From contig CAWBCI010000020.1 of the NCBI GenBank assembly GCA_963787195.1, positions 60,237 to 124,236 on the forward strand: a stretch of DNA of 64,000 nt, read 5' to 3'. A model generated the notes under the pieces. That model was not told the DNA's origin. It saw only the letters and a list, made by a program, of their open reading frames with translations, and ran no database searches. The DNA is from an uncultured Bacteroidales bacterium (GTDB lineage: Bacteria; Bacteroidota; Bacteroidia; Bacteroidales; JAGOPY01). Below, piece by piece: positions 48,206-57,126 of the stretch. How positions within the stretch are numbered: position 1 is the stretch's first letter; every line of letters begins with the position of its first letter. The translations under genes and the position numbers were made by a program.

Positions 48206-48613
48206 TCAGAAATTATCCTCATTCCTCAAAAGATTCCTTAGGGTATCCACCTGGAACATCAGGACATTGCCGGGAATGGTTTCGTGGAAGATCTTATTGA
48301 TGATTTTGCGGTCTACCTGGTTAAAGCCGTATATTTCCACGCATAGGGAATCGAACAGGTCTTCGTGCTGCCGGTATTTATCGTCCTGCAGGTCGTCGAG
48401 GAAGAAGGGCAGGGGGTGGCCATTGCAGGTAAATTCCAGTCTTTCAAAAGCATAGGCGGCAAGGGGCGCGGGAAAGGCGGTTCTGGCTAAACCCGCCGGG
48501 GAGATGCCGATGTTGCGGGAACCCATACCGGTTTCACCGGTATAAGCGCTATCCGCCGGGTTATACACAACATATACATCGCCGGTAAAACCGGGATGCA
48601 GATCAAAGTTCAA
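48206..48613 (-). CDS. hypothetical protein, possibly a 5'-truncated remnant
   Basis: 135 aa ORF with a non-ATG start lying directly against repeat sequences. GC-richer than the flanking island. Confidence 0.4.
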   Translation of the reverse strand: MNFDLHPGFTGDVYVVYNPADSAYTGETGMGSRNIGISPAGLARTAFPAPLAAYAFERLEFTCNGHPLPFFLDDLQDDKYRQHEDLFDSLCVEIYGFNQVDRKIINKIFHETIPGNVLMFQVDTLRNLLRNEDNF

Positions 48614-48727
48614 AATTCAAAGTGATGAGTTGAAGTTAAAAAGTTATAAAGTTGCAACTGGAAAGGCTTTTATGTTCTATGTAATATGTGGTATGTTCTA
48701 TGTTCTATGTACTATGTACTATATATA
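48604..48727. repeat. heptanucleotide tandem arrays: CAAAGTT-type (48604-48624) and ATGTNNT-type x8 (48672-48727)
   Basis: caaagtt caaaatt caaagtg; atgttct atgtaat atgtggt atgttct atgttct atgtact atgtact atatata. An approximate inverted copy follows at ~48760-48790. Confidence 0.8.
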
Positions 48728-48974
48728 AAAACAGACAATTACAAACAAAATAGTTCATACTACATACCACATAATAAATAGTACATTTTGCAGATTTGCT
48801 GCGAGTTCCACCAGATACCTCCCTGCGGTCGGAATGCTCTTTTACACCTCACCCCACAGATCTCACAATAAAAATTAATCCCGTAGAAACTGAAAAAAAA
48901 TTCCCTTTCCGACAGGTATAAAAATCCATGAAATGGATTAACCGGAAAGTCCAATCAAATAATACCCATTAAAC

Positions 48975-49427
48975 ATGGCTTCACATTTTAATTCCGTCCA
49001 CATCCATTTTGTGTTCAGCACCCTGAACAGGCAGAAACTCATCGCACCTGAAATCAGGGAAAGCCTATGGGCCTACATGGCCGGCATAGCATCAAATAAC
49101 AATATGAAAGCCCTGGTAATTGGAGGCGTCAGCGACCATGTCCACATGTTGATTTCCATGCCAACGACTATTACCATCGCAAAAGCCATACAATTAATCA
49201 AGGGTAATTCATCAAAATGGATCCATGAAGAATATAAGGACATAAGCAGGTTTGCCTGGCAGGTGGGATACGCATCCATCAGCGTAAGCCCCGGCCGGGT
49301 TGAAAGGACCGTCCGTTATATCCGCAACCAGGAATCGCATCATCGTGAAATGACCTTCAGGGAAGAATACCTGAAATTCATCAAAGAGGCCGGCCTTTCA
49401 TACGATGAACGGTTCATCTGGGGTTGA
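48975..49427 (+). CDS. IS200/IS605 family Y1 HUH transposase, RAYT-like (second, divergent copy)
   Basis: 150 aa with HUH SDHVHMLIS and a catalytic Tyr region VRYIRNQESHH. Small TTC/GAA-loop hairpins lie on both sides (AATCCAT-GAA-ATGGATT upstream; GTCCC-TTC-GGGAC and GGTCCG-TTC-CGGACC downstream). Confidence 0.85.
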   Translation: MASHFNSVHIHFVFSTLNRQKLIAPEIRESLWAYMAGIASNNNMKALVIGGVSDHVHMLISMPTTITIAKAIQLIKGNSSKWIHEEYKDISRFAWQVGYASISVSPGRVERTVRYIRNQESHHREMTFREEYLKFIKEAGLSYDERFIWG

Positions 49428-49687
49428 GACATGTACCGTCCCTTCGGGACTCGGAAACTTATTCTTGCCACCTTACCCAGACCTGAAGGGCGGGGCTATT
49501 GCTGTGCGGTCCGTTCCGGACCAGGGACATTGCTGATTTCGGAATTCAGATTGACGGAATTCACCCCCGTTTTAGTCTCAGTGGGGAGTCTCAGGCTAAG
49601 TGGGTGATTATGGAAGCTTGGATTGGTGGGTTAATATTGATTGCAGCTTGTTGATAGCCGATGGCGGATTCCTCATTGTCATTTTCA

Positions 49688-49878
49688 GTCGCGAAGCGAC
49701 GGTTGAACATAGCCCCGACATTCATGTCGGGGTAGGGAGAGCGGAAGAAAAATTGAAAGTCCCGTAAGGGACATAACAACAATAGCCCGGGCATTTATGC
49801 CCGGGGGAAAGGTGCAGTCTCGTAATTACAAGTCCCGTAAGGGACGAAACAGCCATTCCTGACATTTATGTCGGGAAT
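49688..49878. repeat. three tandem ~72 bp units, each with two short GC-stem hairpins
   Basis: Hairpins: GTCGC-GAA-GCGAC (49688-49700), CCCCGACATTCATGTCGGGG (49713-49732), GTCCC-GTAA-GGGAC (49759-49772), CCCGGGCATTTATGCCCGGG (49786-49805), GTCCC-GTAA-GGGAC (49832-49845) and CCTGACATTTATGTCGGG (~49858-49875). Confidence 0.8.
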
Positions 49879-49895
49879 TTCATAATGAGAAATAA

Positions 49896-50120
49896 TTAAG
49901 AAAAAAACCTCCTTATCAACCAAAGAATGATGCTGATAGCCAGACTGAGCAATATCATGCTGGTGATGGGCATGTAAAATGAAAAATTGTCGCGCTTGAT
50001 GCGGATATCCCCCGGGAGGTGGCCAAACCAGCTCAGCTTGTCGCCAAAACCCCAATATGCCAGTCCGGCCAGGATGATCAGGCCGCCAAGGATCAGGAGT
50101 ATTTTAGTTATACCGGGCAA
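49896..50120 (-). CDS. DUF2905 family small membrane protein
   Basis: 74 aa, FGHLPGDIRIKRDNFSFYMPITSMILLS. Confidence 0.75.
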   Translation of the reverse strand: MPGITKILLILGGLIILAGLAYWGFGDKLSWFGHLPGDIRIKRDNFSFYMPITSMILLSLAISIILWLIRRFFS

Positions 50121-50127
50121 TTTGATC

Positions 50128-50844
50128 TTATTTAATTGGGATGTCTTTTTCAGTCCTTACTAATTCCTTCTTCCCATAAAAATCATGATATAATACAGAA
50201 GCATGGCCAAAGAACCCAGAGCTGCAACTCACGTATGTATAAGCCGCCCATTTAAGTGCATCCTGTGCTTTATCATGGTTTTGCACATTGGTAATTCCAC
50301 TGCTGTTTAACCAGACAAGCGCCCTGTGGCTGGCATCGATCTCCACCGGCAGGGTTATAAAACTGAAAAGTGTCATAAAGGCAAACATGATAATGCCGAT
50401 AAGTAAGATCTGAGGAGCGGTCTGTATCAATAAAATGCCGGCAAGCAATACCCATTGCACCCAGCGGGATGTGAGGCTTACAATGGGAACCAGGCTGGAA
50501 CGCATTTGCAGGAAACTGTATGCTGTGGCATGCTGAACTGCATGCCCGCACTCATGGGCTGCCACTGCTGCAGCTGAAACATTGCTGCTTTTATACACGC
50601 CTTCACTCAGGTTAACGGTCTTATCCTTCGGGTTATAATGGTCGCTGAGCTGCCCGGGAGTGGAGATGACTTTCACATCGAAAATGCCATTGTCGTGCAG
50701 CATCTTTTCAGCAACTTCTTTTCCCGTCAGGTTTTGATTAATAGGGACTTTCGAATACTCTTTGAATTTGGAACGAAGCTGATGAGAGATCAGCCAGCTG
50801 ATAAGCATGAATACCAGGAATATTATCCAGATCGGGGCTATCAT
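50128..50844 (-). CDS. putative neutral zinc metallopeptidase (YugP-like), C-terminus frameshifted
   Basis: HECGHAVQH motif. After ..AAYTYV the neighbouring frame reads VAALGSLAMLLYYIMIFMGRRN* (stop at 50160), which looks like the genuine TM tail. The junction is near 50223-50231. Confidence 0.85.
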   Translation of the reverse strand: MIAPIWIIFLVFMLISWLISHQLRSKFKEYSKVPINQNLTGKEVAEKMLHDNGIFDVKVISTPGQLSDHYNPKDKTVNLSEGVYKSSNVSAAAVAAHECGHAVQHATAYSFLQMRSSLVPIVSLTSRWVQWVLLAGILLIQTAPQILLIGIIMFAFMTLFSFITLPVEIDASHRALVWLNSSGITNVQNHDKAQDALKWAAYTYVSCSSGFFGHASVLYHDFYGKKELVRTEKDIPIK

Positions 50845-50986
50845 AGTTTTAAGGTTTTAAATCAGGAAATTTTCCTTACAAATTTACTGCCAAAAAACCT
50901 GAGATTATTCTCAGGACATTTTGGCATTTACAGAGATGAGAAGCCCCTCAACAATAAAATTGGAAAAGTTATGAAAATTTTGAAAA

Positions 50987-51418
50987 TCAAAGTTGAGGTC
51001 CTTCCCCCACGCTCATCTTTCCTTTGTAATAGCGCAATTTAATCCCAGGACTTTGCTCTATAAAGGCTTCCAGTCCGGAGCGCTGTATTTTATTGAGGTT
51101 AAACACCTTCAGATTATGCGGAAGAACCTCTGCACGGTCTGCTGAAGGATGCAGTTTTAAACAGGGGAATTCATTGCATTCGTAACAGAAATCAACTTTA
51201 TGCTCAACAACACATTTATAAGTTGCACACTTCATACCCAACACAGGGCAATTTCCCGCAACTGCCCGGCAGCCTTTGCAGGGCAGCTTTTCTTCAGGGA
51301 TACCTCTTCCCAAAAGATAATTGAAAAGCTGGGGATTGTCTTTGCAAATATAAAGTTCACATATACCGCAATCAATACCGCAGGGCGCTACAATTTCCAT
51401 TCTTTCAGTCTTTTCCAT
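50987..51418 (-). CDS. DUF3795 domain (Cys-rich) protein
   Basis: CGIDCGICELY...CKGC...CATYKC...CYEC. Confidence 0.7.
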   Translation of the reverse strand: MEKTERMEIVAPCGIDCGICELYICKDNPQLFNYLLGRGIPEEKLPCKGCRAVAGNCPVLGMKCATYKCVVEHKVDFCYECNEFPCLKLHPSADRAEVLPHNLKVFNLNKIQRSGLEAFIEQSPGIKLRYYKGKMSVGEGPQL

Positions 51419-51554
51419 TGGTTTAATAATCTGAATTAGTGTTATTTAAAAAAATGCATTATAAAACAGCATTATGTAAAAACACTGCAATTTAGGAAAA
51501 AAATATACTAAACCATCCAATGAGAAAAAGGAATGAAAAGAAAGGAAACCGGGA

Positions 51555-52103
51555 TTAATCTTTCTTGAAATACATTATAATGGAGGCCTTCTCAATAGTA
51601 TTTGCCCAGAGGTTATAGCCGACCATTTCGGGATTGGCCGTGGCGTCCAGACCAAGTTTTGGGACTTTAAGGGCGTAGACGGTAATGACATATGCATGAA
51701 ATCCATCGCCTGCAGGGGGGCAAGGGCCGCCGTAGCCGGCTTTGCCGAAGCTGGTTGGACTCATTATTGCACCTTTGGGGGCCAGCCCTGATTCGGGATT
51801 ACCGGCATTGGATTTCAGTTCGCTCACACTGGCCGGGATATCGAACATGACCCAATGCCACCAACCAGCCCCGGTAGGGGCATCTGGATCGTACATGGTG
51901 ATGGCAAAGCTTTTGGTGCCTGCCGGGGTATTGCTCCAGCTCAGTTCAGGTGAAATGTTTTCGCCGGTACATCCAAAGCCGTTAAAGACTTGTTTCATAG
52001 TAGCCTGTCCGCCGATATCATTGCTCTTCAAAGTGAAAGTCTGGGCCGAGGCGGTACCTGTGATTAAAACCATAGCGATCATGAGGATTTTTTTTGTGTT
52101 CAT
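51555..52103 (-). CDS. YbhB/YbcL family Raf-kinase-inhibitor-like (PEBP) protein
   Basis: Signal peptide, YDPDAPTGAGWWHW, GGPCPPAGDGFHAYVITVYAL. Confidence 0.85.
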   Translation of the reverse strand: MNTKKILMIAMVLITGTASAQTFTLKSNDIGGQATMKQVFNGFGCTGENISPELSWSNTPAGTKSFAITMYDPDAPTGAGWWHWVMFDIPASVSELKSNAGNPESGLAPKGAIMSPTSFGKAGYGGPCPPAGDGFHAYVITVYALKVPKLGLDATANPEMVGYNLWANTIEKASIIMYFKKD

Positions 52104-52249
52104 ATTTTATTTCGATGTTTATAATTTTGACAAGATGCAATGGAAAAGTAAATTCGGATGAGGATATTTGCCTTGCCATCAAGGTCCTAAACAAATAATG
52201 GTGGGGGATTGTTTGAGGGATTTCTTCGTGTATTTATAAAAAAGCTTCC

Positions 52250-53362
52250 TTAAGCATTGGAACTACTATGCAATCTGAAATTCACTTCCGATTCTTTTCC
52301 AAAAAATTGTCCGATTCGCCTGGTTTCCAATTCCAACTGCTTTTGAATTGCTTTACCCGGTAATTTGGGATTAAAAAAACTCAGTTCGAAGAAGTATTTG
52401 TTTTTGACAGTCGAAATTTTCCAGATGCCGCTGATATGCGCATTTTCCACGATGAGGGGCCGGAAGATCCCGTTGTTGGATATAGTATTTTTATTATGGG
52501 TTGAAGGAAGTGAGGCGCTGCGGTCGGCATAGCTGATGAGGAATTCATCATAGGCCGGGAGGAGAAAGAGGCTCTTTCCAGCCCTATCCGGATTATGATC
52601 TGCCGGGGAAAACCAGTAGGCCTGTCCATCGACTTCTATCTCTTCGAAATCCTTTTTTATCATTTGCAGGGCTTTCCTTGCATCTGTCAGGCTTAATCCC
52701 GACCACCATGAAAAATCCCGGATACTTGCCGGACCATGGCTCCTGAAATATTTCCCTGCCAGCTGTGACAGAGCTTCTTCCCGGCTAAGCCTGTTCTTTA
52801 CCGGAACTCTTTCTTCCAGCAGGGCATATGTAGGCTTATTATTTTTATCGGCGCCACTACAAACCAAGGTATCCAGCTCGGCAGTCAGCATAATGTGCGA
52901 AGCCCGGTTATCAGCGGGTTTTGTGTCTATGCCGGAGGCTGCCAGCAATCCAACAAGTTCATCTCTTGAGCAATGTTTATTTCCCTCCAGGGCTTTTATA
53001 ATGATGTCATAGCTTTTATTGATAATTGCTTTCGTAAGTCCAAGCCTCTGATGGCGGCCCTTCATCCCCGACCTGATGCGTGGGGCGGTGAGTTCCAGCA
53101 TCCAATAGATATCTTCTGCGGAAACAAAATGCCAGGTAGGGCGCATCACATGGGTACGGAGTATTTCCCCAGAAGCAATAGCTTCGGAGATGGTATTCTC
53201 ATTTATCCCCGGCAACCTGGCCCCTATGGCCCATTTGGCCATACGGTAATCCTGCGCTTGCATAGCACCCATATAATTGACCAGGTCTCCGGCTCTTGTA
53301 AAAGATGTATTGAGAACCTGCTGGTTATACAGGCGGGTGGTCGAGATATCTTTGAAGTTCAT
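52250..53362 (-). CDS. winged-helix DNA-binding protein, YcaQ/AlkZ-like DNA glycosylase family
   Basis: MNFKDISTTRLYNQQV...MGAMQAQDYRMAKWAIGAR...GEILRTHVMRPTWHFV. Start moved to the ATG at 53362. Confidence 0.8.
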   Translation of the reverse strand: MNFKDISTTRLYNQQVLNTSFTRAGDLVNYMGAMQAQDYRMAKWAIGARLPGINENTISEAIASGEILRTHVMRPTWHFVSAEDIYWMLELTAPRIRSGMKGRHQRLGLTKAIINKSYDIIIKALEGNKHCSRDELVGLLAASGIDTKPADNRASHIMLTAELDTLVCSGADKNNKPTYALLEERVPVKNRLSREEALSQLAGKYFRSHGPASIRDFSWWSGLSLTDARKALQMIKKDFEEIEVDGQAYWFSPADHNPDRAGKSLFLLPAYDEFLISYADRSASLPSTHNKNTISNNGIFRPLIVENAHISGIWKISTVKNKYFFELSFFNPKLPGKAIQKQLELETRRIGQFFGKESEVNFRLHSSSNA

Positions 53363-53836
53363 GTCCCTAATGCAAAATAAAGGTTTATAAGCATTTTCAG
53401 CAATGTCTCTTTCGCTTTGTATACAAAAGCAAAAATACACGAATTAATTTGCATTTAGAATAATAAGCGTTAGAGTGTAAATCATTAACAATTAATCATA
53501 TAATAAGTCTGAATGATTTTATTTTGATGAAAGCAGAATTGACTGGCGGATGATAAATCAAGATGTATGAAATTAATTATAAAGGTTTAAAAAGGCTAAG
53601 AAATCGGATAATTACAATTTAAAATACATATAAATTGTAGCTGAAATATCTATCTGGCAATAGGTTTCAGGGATATTGCCTATCAAAGCTTCACATATAA
53701 TTATTTTAAATTATGAATATGTGGCCTGATCTTTGAATATTTTTTTCAAATTTGTATAGAGAATGAAAAAATGATGTTTAATGAGATTAACTTTATAAAC
53801 CGAAAATTTAGTATTAACAAAAAGAAAGGAATATTT

Positions 53837-54367
53837 ATGATGACAAAAAAGATTATTTGGTTTATTGGCTTGTTTTTTCTGACAGCCAATTTTGCTCTTG
53901 CACAGGACTTTGCCTATATAGGAGCAGCTAAATGTAAGATGTGCCATAATTCGGCCAAGAGCGGTTACCAGTACAAGAAGTGGACTGAATCGCTTCATTC
54001 CAAGGCGCTGGAATCCTTGAAGAGCCCGAAGGCAATGGAATATGCAAAGGCAAACAATATAGCTGATCCTTCCAAAGACCAGAAATGTCTGAAATGCCAC
54101 AGCACCTATCATTCAGTAAGCAAGGATATGATCGAATCATTAACTGAGTCAGAAGGTGTTTCCTGCGAATCATGCCATGGACCAGGGAGTGCTTACAAAG
54201 CTATGAATGTTATGAAAAACCAGGAACTTGCTATGAAAAAGGGCTTGATTCTTCCCACCAAGGAAGTATGCTTAAAATGTCATAACAAGGAAAATCCTTT
54301 CTACAAACCATTCAACTTTGATGAAGCTGTAAAGAAAATTGCTCATCCGACACCCAAAGCCGAATAA
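53837..54367 (+). CDS. tetraheme c-type cytochrome (cytochrome c554-like small multiheme protein)
   Basis: Signal peptide MMTKKIIWFIGLFFLTANFALAQ and four CXXCH motifs: CKMCH, CLKCH, CESCH, CLKCH. Start moved to 53837. Confidence 0.8.
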   Translation: MMTKKIIWFIGLFFLTANFALAQDFAYIGAAKCKMCHNSAKSGYQYKKWTESLHSKALESLKSPKAMEYAKANNIADPSKDQKCLKCHSTYHSVSKDMIESLTESEGVSCESCHGPGSAYKAMNVMKNQELAMKKGLILPTKEVCLKCHNKENPFYKPFNFDEAVKKIAHPTPKAE

Positions 54368-54388
54368 AGATCTACTATTTCATACAAG

Positions 54389-54436
54389 GCCCGTGTATGG
54401 CCGGTTTAACCGGTTTGCACGGGCTTTTTGTTTTTT
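54389..54436 (+). terminator. Rho-independent terminator after the cytochrome gene
   Basis: GCCCGTG..CCGGTT-T-AACCGG..CACGGGC followed by TTTTTGTTTTTT. Confidence 0.65.
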
Positions 54437-54487
54437 GGGTATCAGGTATTGGGTATCAGGTATTGGGTATCAGGTATTGGGTATTGG
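54437..54487. repeat. tandem repeat of GGTATCA/GGTATTG heptamers (14-bp unit x3.5)
   Basis: gggtatcaggtatt x3 then gggtattgg, between convergent genes. Confidence 0.85.
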
Positions 54488-56377
54488 TTAAAATGTATAT
54501 TTTATAATCTTCTTTGTGATGAATGAATTATGTAATGATATCCTCACAAAATATATCCCCGAAGGCAATTCGGCTATATCAAATTCCATCCCATCCCCCG
54601 AAAATCCTTCAAAGCCTTTCACCACCTTCCCAAACATATCCACCACCTCAACTTTATAACTCCCAACTTCAACTTTGCACTTTGCACTTTGCACTTTGAA
54701 CTTGGATTGAGTGGGGTTGGGGTAGATTTGAACATTCTCAGGCAGGGCCTTTTCACTATAACCAACATAGCCCCCTTCAACAATAACATACCACCACTTT
54801 TCAATCTGTTCATCGAAAGAGGTGATATTATACCATACTGGCTCTATAAAACTGGTAGTGATTTCATCTTCCGGATACATGCATGAATTTTCCGATCGCG
54901 TGATATAAGGAACAAGATAGGCCAGGTTTGCCGTATCGTTAACCGTGGCAATTACCCTTCTGTTTTCGTAATCAATGACCGGGGGAGAAACCTGGGATTC
55001 AAAGTAAACATCCAGAATATCAGCTTCGTAATTGGGGGGCGTTGCGGCCTGATAACGAATGGTTGTGGCATCATCCACCTGAATGGAATCGAAGGCTCCT
55101 GCTGCAACGACGAAGTCATCATCACCTATTACTTTAATTTCCCAAGGAATTCCATAAAGCTTTGGAACCCATTCATCCCAGGCTATTTCTCCCTGAGGGT
55201 TGATCTTAACTATTGTAACAAATGTATAGCTGTAGCAGCTCTTCATCGTGATACCGCATACATACACATCACCCGATGGTCCCAAATCAAAATCGAAAGG
55301 ATGGTCATTCAGGAAGTTATGATGATCGTAGCGTGCATCCCAGATCAGGCTGCCTGAAGGAGAGTATTTCAGCAAAATATAATCCTTTCCTGTGCCGGGA
55401 TAGGGGTCTTCGTAAGCGCTATAGCCACCAACCAGTAGATCACCGGCTTCGGTCATGGCGAGATAATAGGCGTTATTATCTCTGTATCCGGGGTTCCCAT
55501 AACTTTGTTTCCATTGAAAAACCCCGTTTTGATTGTATTTTGCGGTAACAATATCTGTCAGGTTGGAGCTGATCTGGTTGTAACCGGTGATATATACATT
55601 TCCGGCATCATCTACTAAAACGCTTTCAGCAATATCGGTATTGTGATACACTTCGCCGTCCAGGAATTCGTTCCACTCCAAATTGCCATTGGGATCAAAT
55701 TTTGCGACACAATAGTCAATGGAGGCATTCCAGGCATCACCGGCTACGTAAACATAACCCGACTGATCAACGCATATGCTTTTACCGTTAGCATAAATGC
55801 CCGTACCTGAAATCGTTTCAGACCATAGTATTTGTCCATCGAAAGTCAGTTTCATCACCAGCATTTTCGATCCGGTAATACCGGGTTCGAATTTAGTGCC
55901 GGCAACATATAAATAGCTGTCGTCAATGGTCATGTAGGTAGGTTTGACCTGCCACTCGAAGCCGTTAAACTGAGCATTGGCAAGTTCGGATGTCCAAACA
56001 ATTGTTCCATCGCTGCCATTATATTTCTGCACAGCTATTGACCAATAAGTACCGCCAGGTGTATGTTTCATAAAAGTGATGTATGCATTTCCCTGGTTGT
56101 CGATGCATAATGTATTTGGCGCTTCCGAAATTGTATCGCCACTGTCATAGGTTTGCAACCACAATACTTCACCTTCAGGATTGTGTTTTATGACAAAATT
56201 ATTTCCTGCTGTTCCACCCGAAAACACATTGCCGGATTGATCTACTGCCACAACGCGTGCAGTTGAAGAATTTGAAGCGGGAAAATGGCCATTTGATATC
56301 CATGAGGGGTAAACCTGGGCCAGTGAACTGTATAAAACGAATAGTGAGAAATTTAAAATAAGGATAAGTTTTTTCAT
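54488..56377 (-). CDS. secreted beta-propeller (SBBP-like repeat) protein with T9SS C-terminal sorting domain
   Basis: Signal peptide. Repeated D.SGNVY..G / D..GN..W modules. CTD IYPNPTQSKFKVQSAKCKV...LPSGIYFVRI. Confidence 0.7.
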   Translation of the reverse strand: MKKLILILNFSLFVLYSSLAQVYPSWISNGHFPASNSSTARVVAVDQSGNVFSGGTAGNNFVIKHNPEGEVLWLQTYDSGDTISEAPNTLCIDNQGNAYITFMKHTPGGTYWSIAVQKYNGSDGTIVWTSELANAQFNGFEWQVKPTYMTIDDSYLYVAGTKFEPGITGSKMLVMKLTFDGQILWSETISGTGIYANGKSICVDQSGYVYVAGDAWNASIDYCVAKFDPNGNLEWNEFLDGEVYHNTDIAESVLVDDAGNVYITGYNQISSNLTDIVTAKYNQNGVFQWKQSYGNPGYRDNNAYYLAMTEAGDLLVGGYSAYEDPYPGTGKDYILLKYSPSGSLIWDARYDHHNFLNDHPFDFDLGPSGDVYVCGITMKSCYSYTFVTIVKINPQGEIAWDEWVPKLYGIPWEIKVIGDDDFVVAAGAFDSIQVDDATTIRYQAATPPNYEADILDVYFESQVSPPVIDYENRRVIATVNDTANLAYLVPYITRSENSCMYPEDEITTSFIEPVWYNITSFDEQIEKWWYVIVEGGYVGYSEKALPENVQIYPNPTQSKFKVQSAKCKVEVGSYKVEVVDMFGKVVKGFEGFSGDGMEFDIAELPSGIYFVRISLHNSFITKKIIKYTF

Positions 56378-56421
56378 AATATATTTCTTTGATTAATTGA
56401 TACGAAAGGGATGTAATATTC

Positions 56422-57036
56422 TTACTTGCCCAGGGTAAAATCGGCAATCACAATCACCTCTCCTTCACTGTTTTTAACTAATAAATCTTCGCCATCAAAA
56501 AATAATACGCAAGAGCCTACAGGCGGATCATCCGGATAATCGTCTGCTGAAATTAACACTTTCTCTCCGATTGAAAGATTGTCAGAGGGGCTGTCTGTTA
56601 GTATACCCACTCTTCCATTACCTGTTTCCACCCTCATTATCTCCATAAGACCTCCAAAAAACGCGATATTTGCGTCGACCCCGTCTCCTGCTATCAGCAT
56701 AATCTGGTGGTCGGAAGTTCCGATTTTTTCTTCTCCGCCTTTGAAAAGTTCAATTTTTGTATCATAATGCGAATTTGGTAATACAATCTTACCATCTGTT
56801 CCGCTTATTTCAACATTTCCCTGGATATCCAGTTTTTCTTCCGGGTTAATGGTACCAATTCCAACATTCCCATTTTCACCGGGCTCAAAGAGGATGTGTT
56901 TACATGCAGTATCCCCTTTTACGTGGAGAATGCTGTTAGTGGCGGGATTAGTGCCATCTTTGTTTATTGCTACCTGTGCATTCATTGATCCTGCAATAAG
57001 CAGCATCGCTGTTGAAATGATAAAAAGTTTCTTCAT
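56422..57036 (-). CDS. secreted hypothetical protein (no CTD)
   Basis: Signal peptide. GNVGIGTINPEEKLDIQGN resembles motifs in tail-fibre-like Bacteroidota proteins, but the match is weak. Confidence 0.45.
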   Translation of the reverse strand: MKKLFIISTAMLLIAGSMNAQVAINKDGTNPATNSILHVKGDTACKHILFEPGENGNVGIGTINPEEKLDIQGNVEISGTDGKIVLPNSHYDTKIELFKGGEEKIGTSDHQIMLIAGDGVDANIAFFGGLMEIMRVETGNGRVGILTDSPSDNLSIGEKVLISADDYPDDPPVGSCVLFFDGEDLLVKNSEGEVIVIADFTLGK

Positions 57037-57126
57037 GATATTTTTTTTATTTCACCCCCTTTCTCCCTCCCGCTTAATGCGGGACAGACTCTCTCCAACT
57101 TGAAGAGGGGGTCGGGGCCGATGTAT

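Noticed and set aside
49591-50055. ORFs 49591..49794 and 49795..50055 as genes
   Set aside because: They are read through the tandem hairpin array. The second also overlaps the well-supported DUF2905 gene in another frame.
53613-53639. Inverted repeat TACAATTTA-N9-TAAATTGTA between the ycaQ-like and cytochrome genes as an operator
   Set aside because: It is a short AT-rich palindrome in an AT-rich spacer, so chance occurrence is plausible. No partner regulator is evident.
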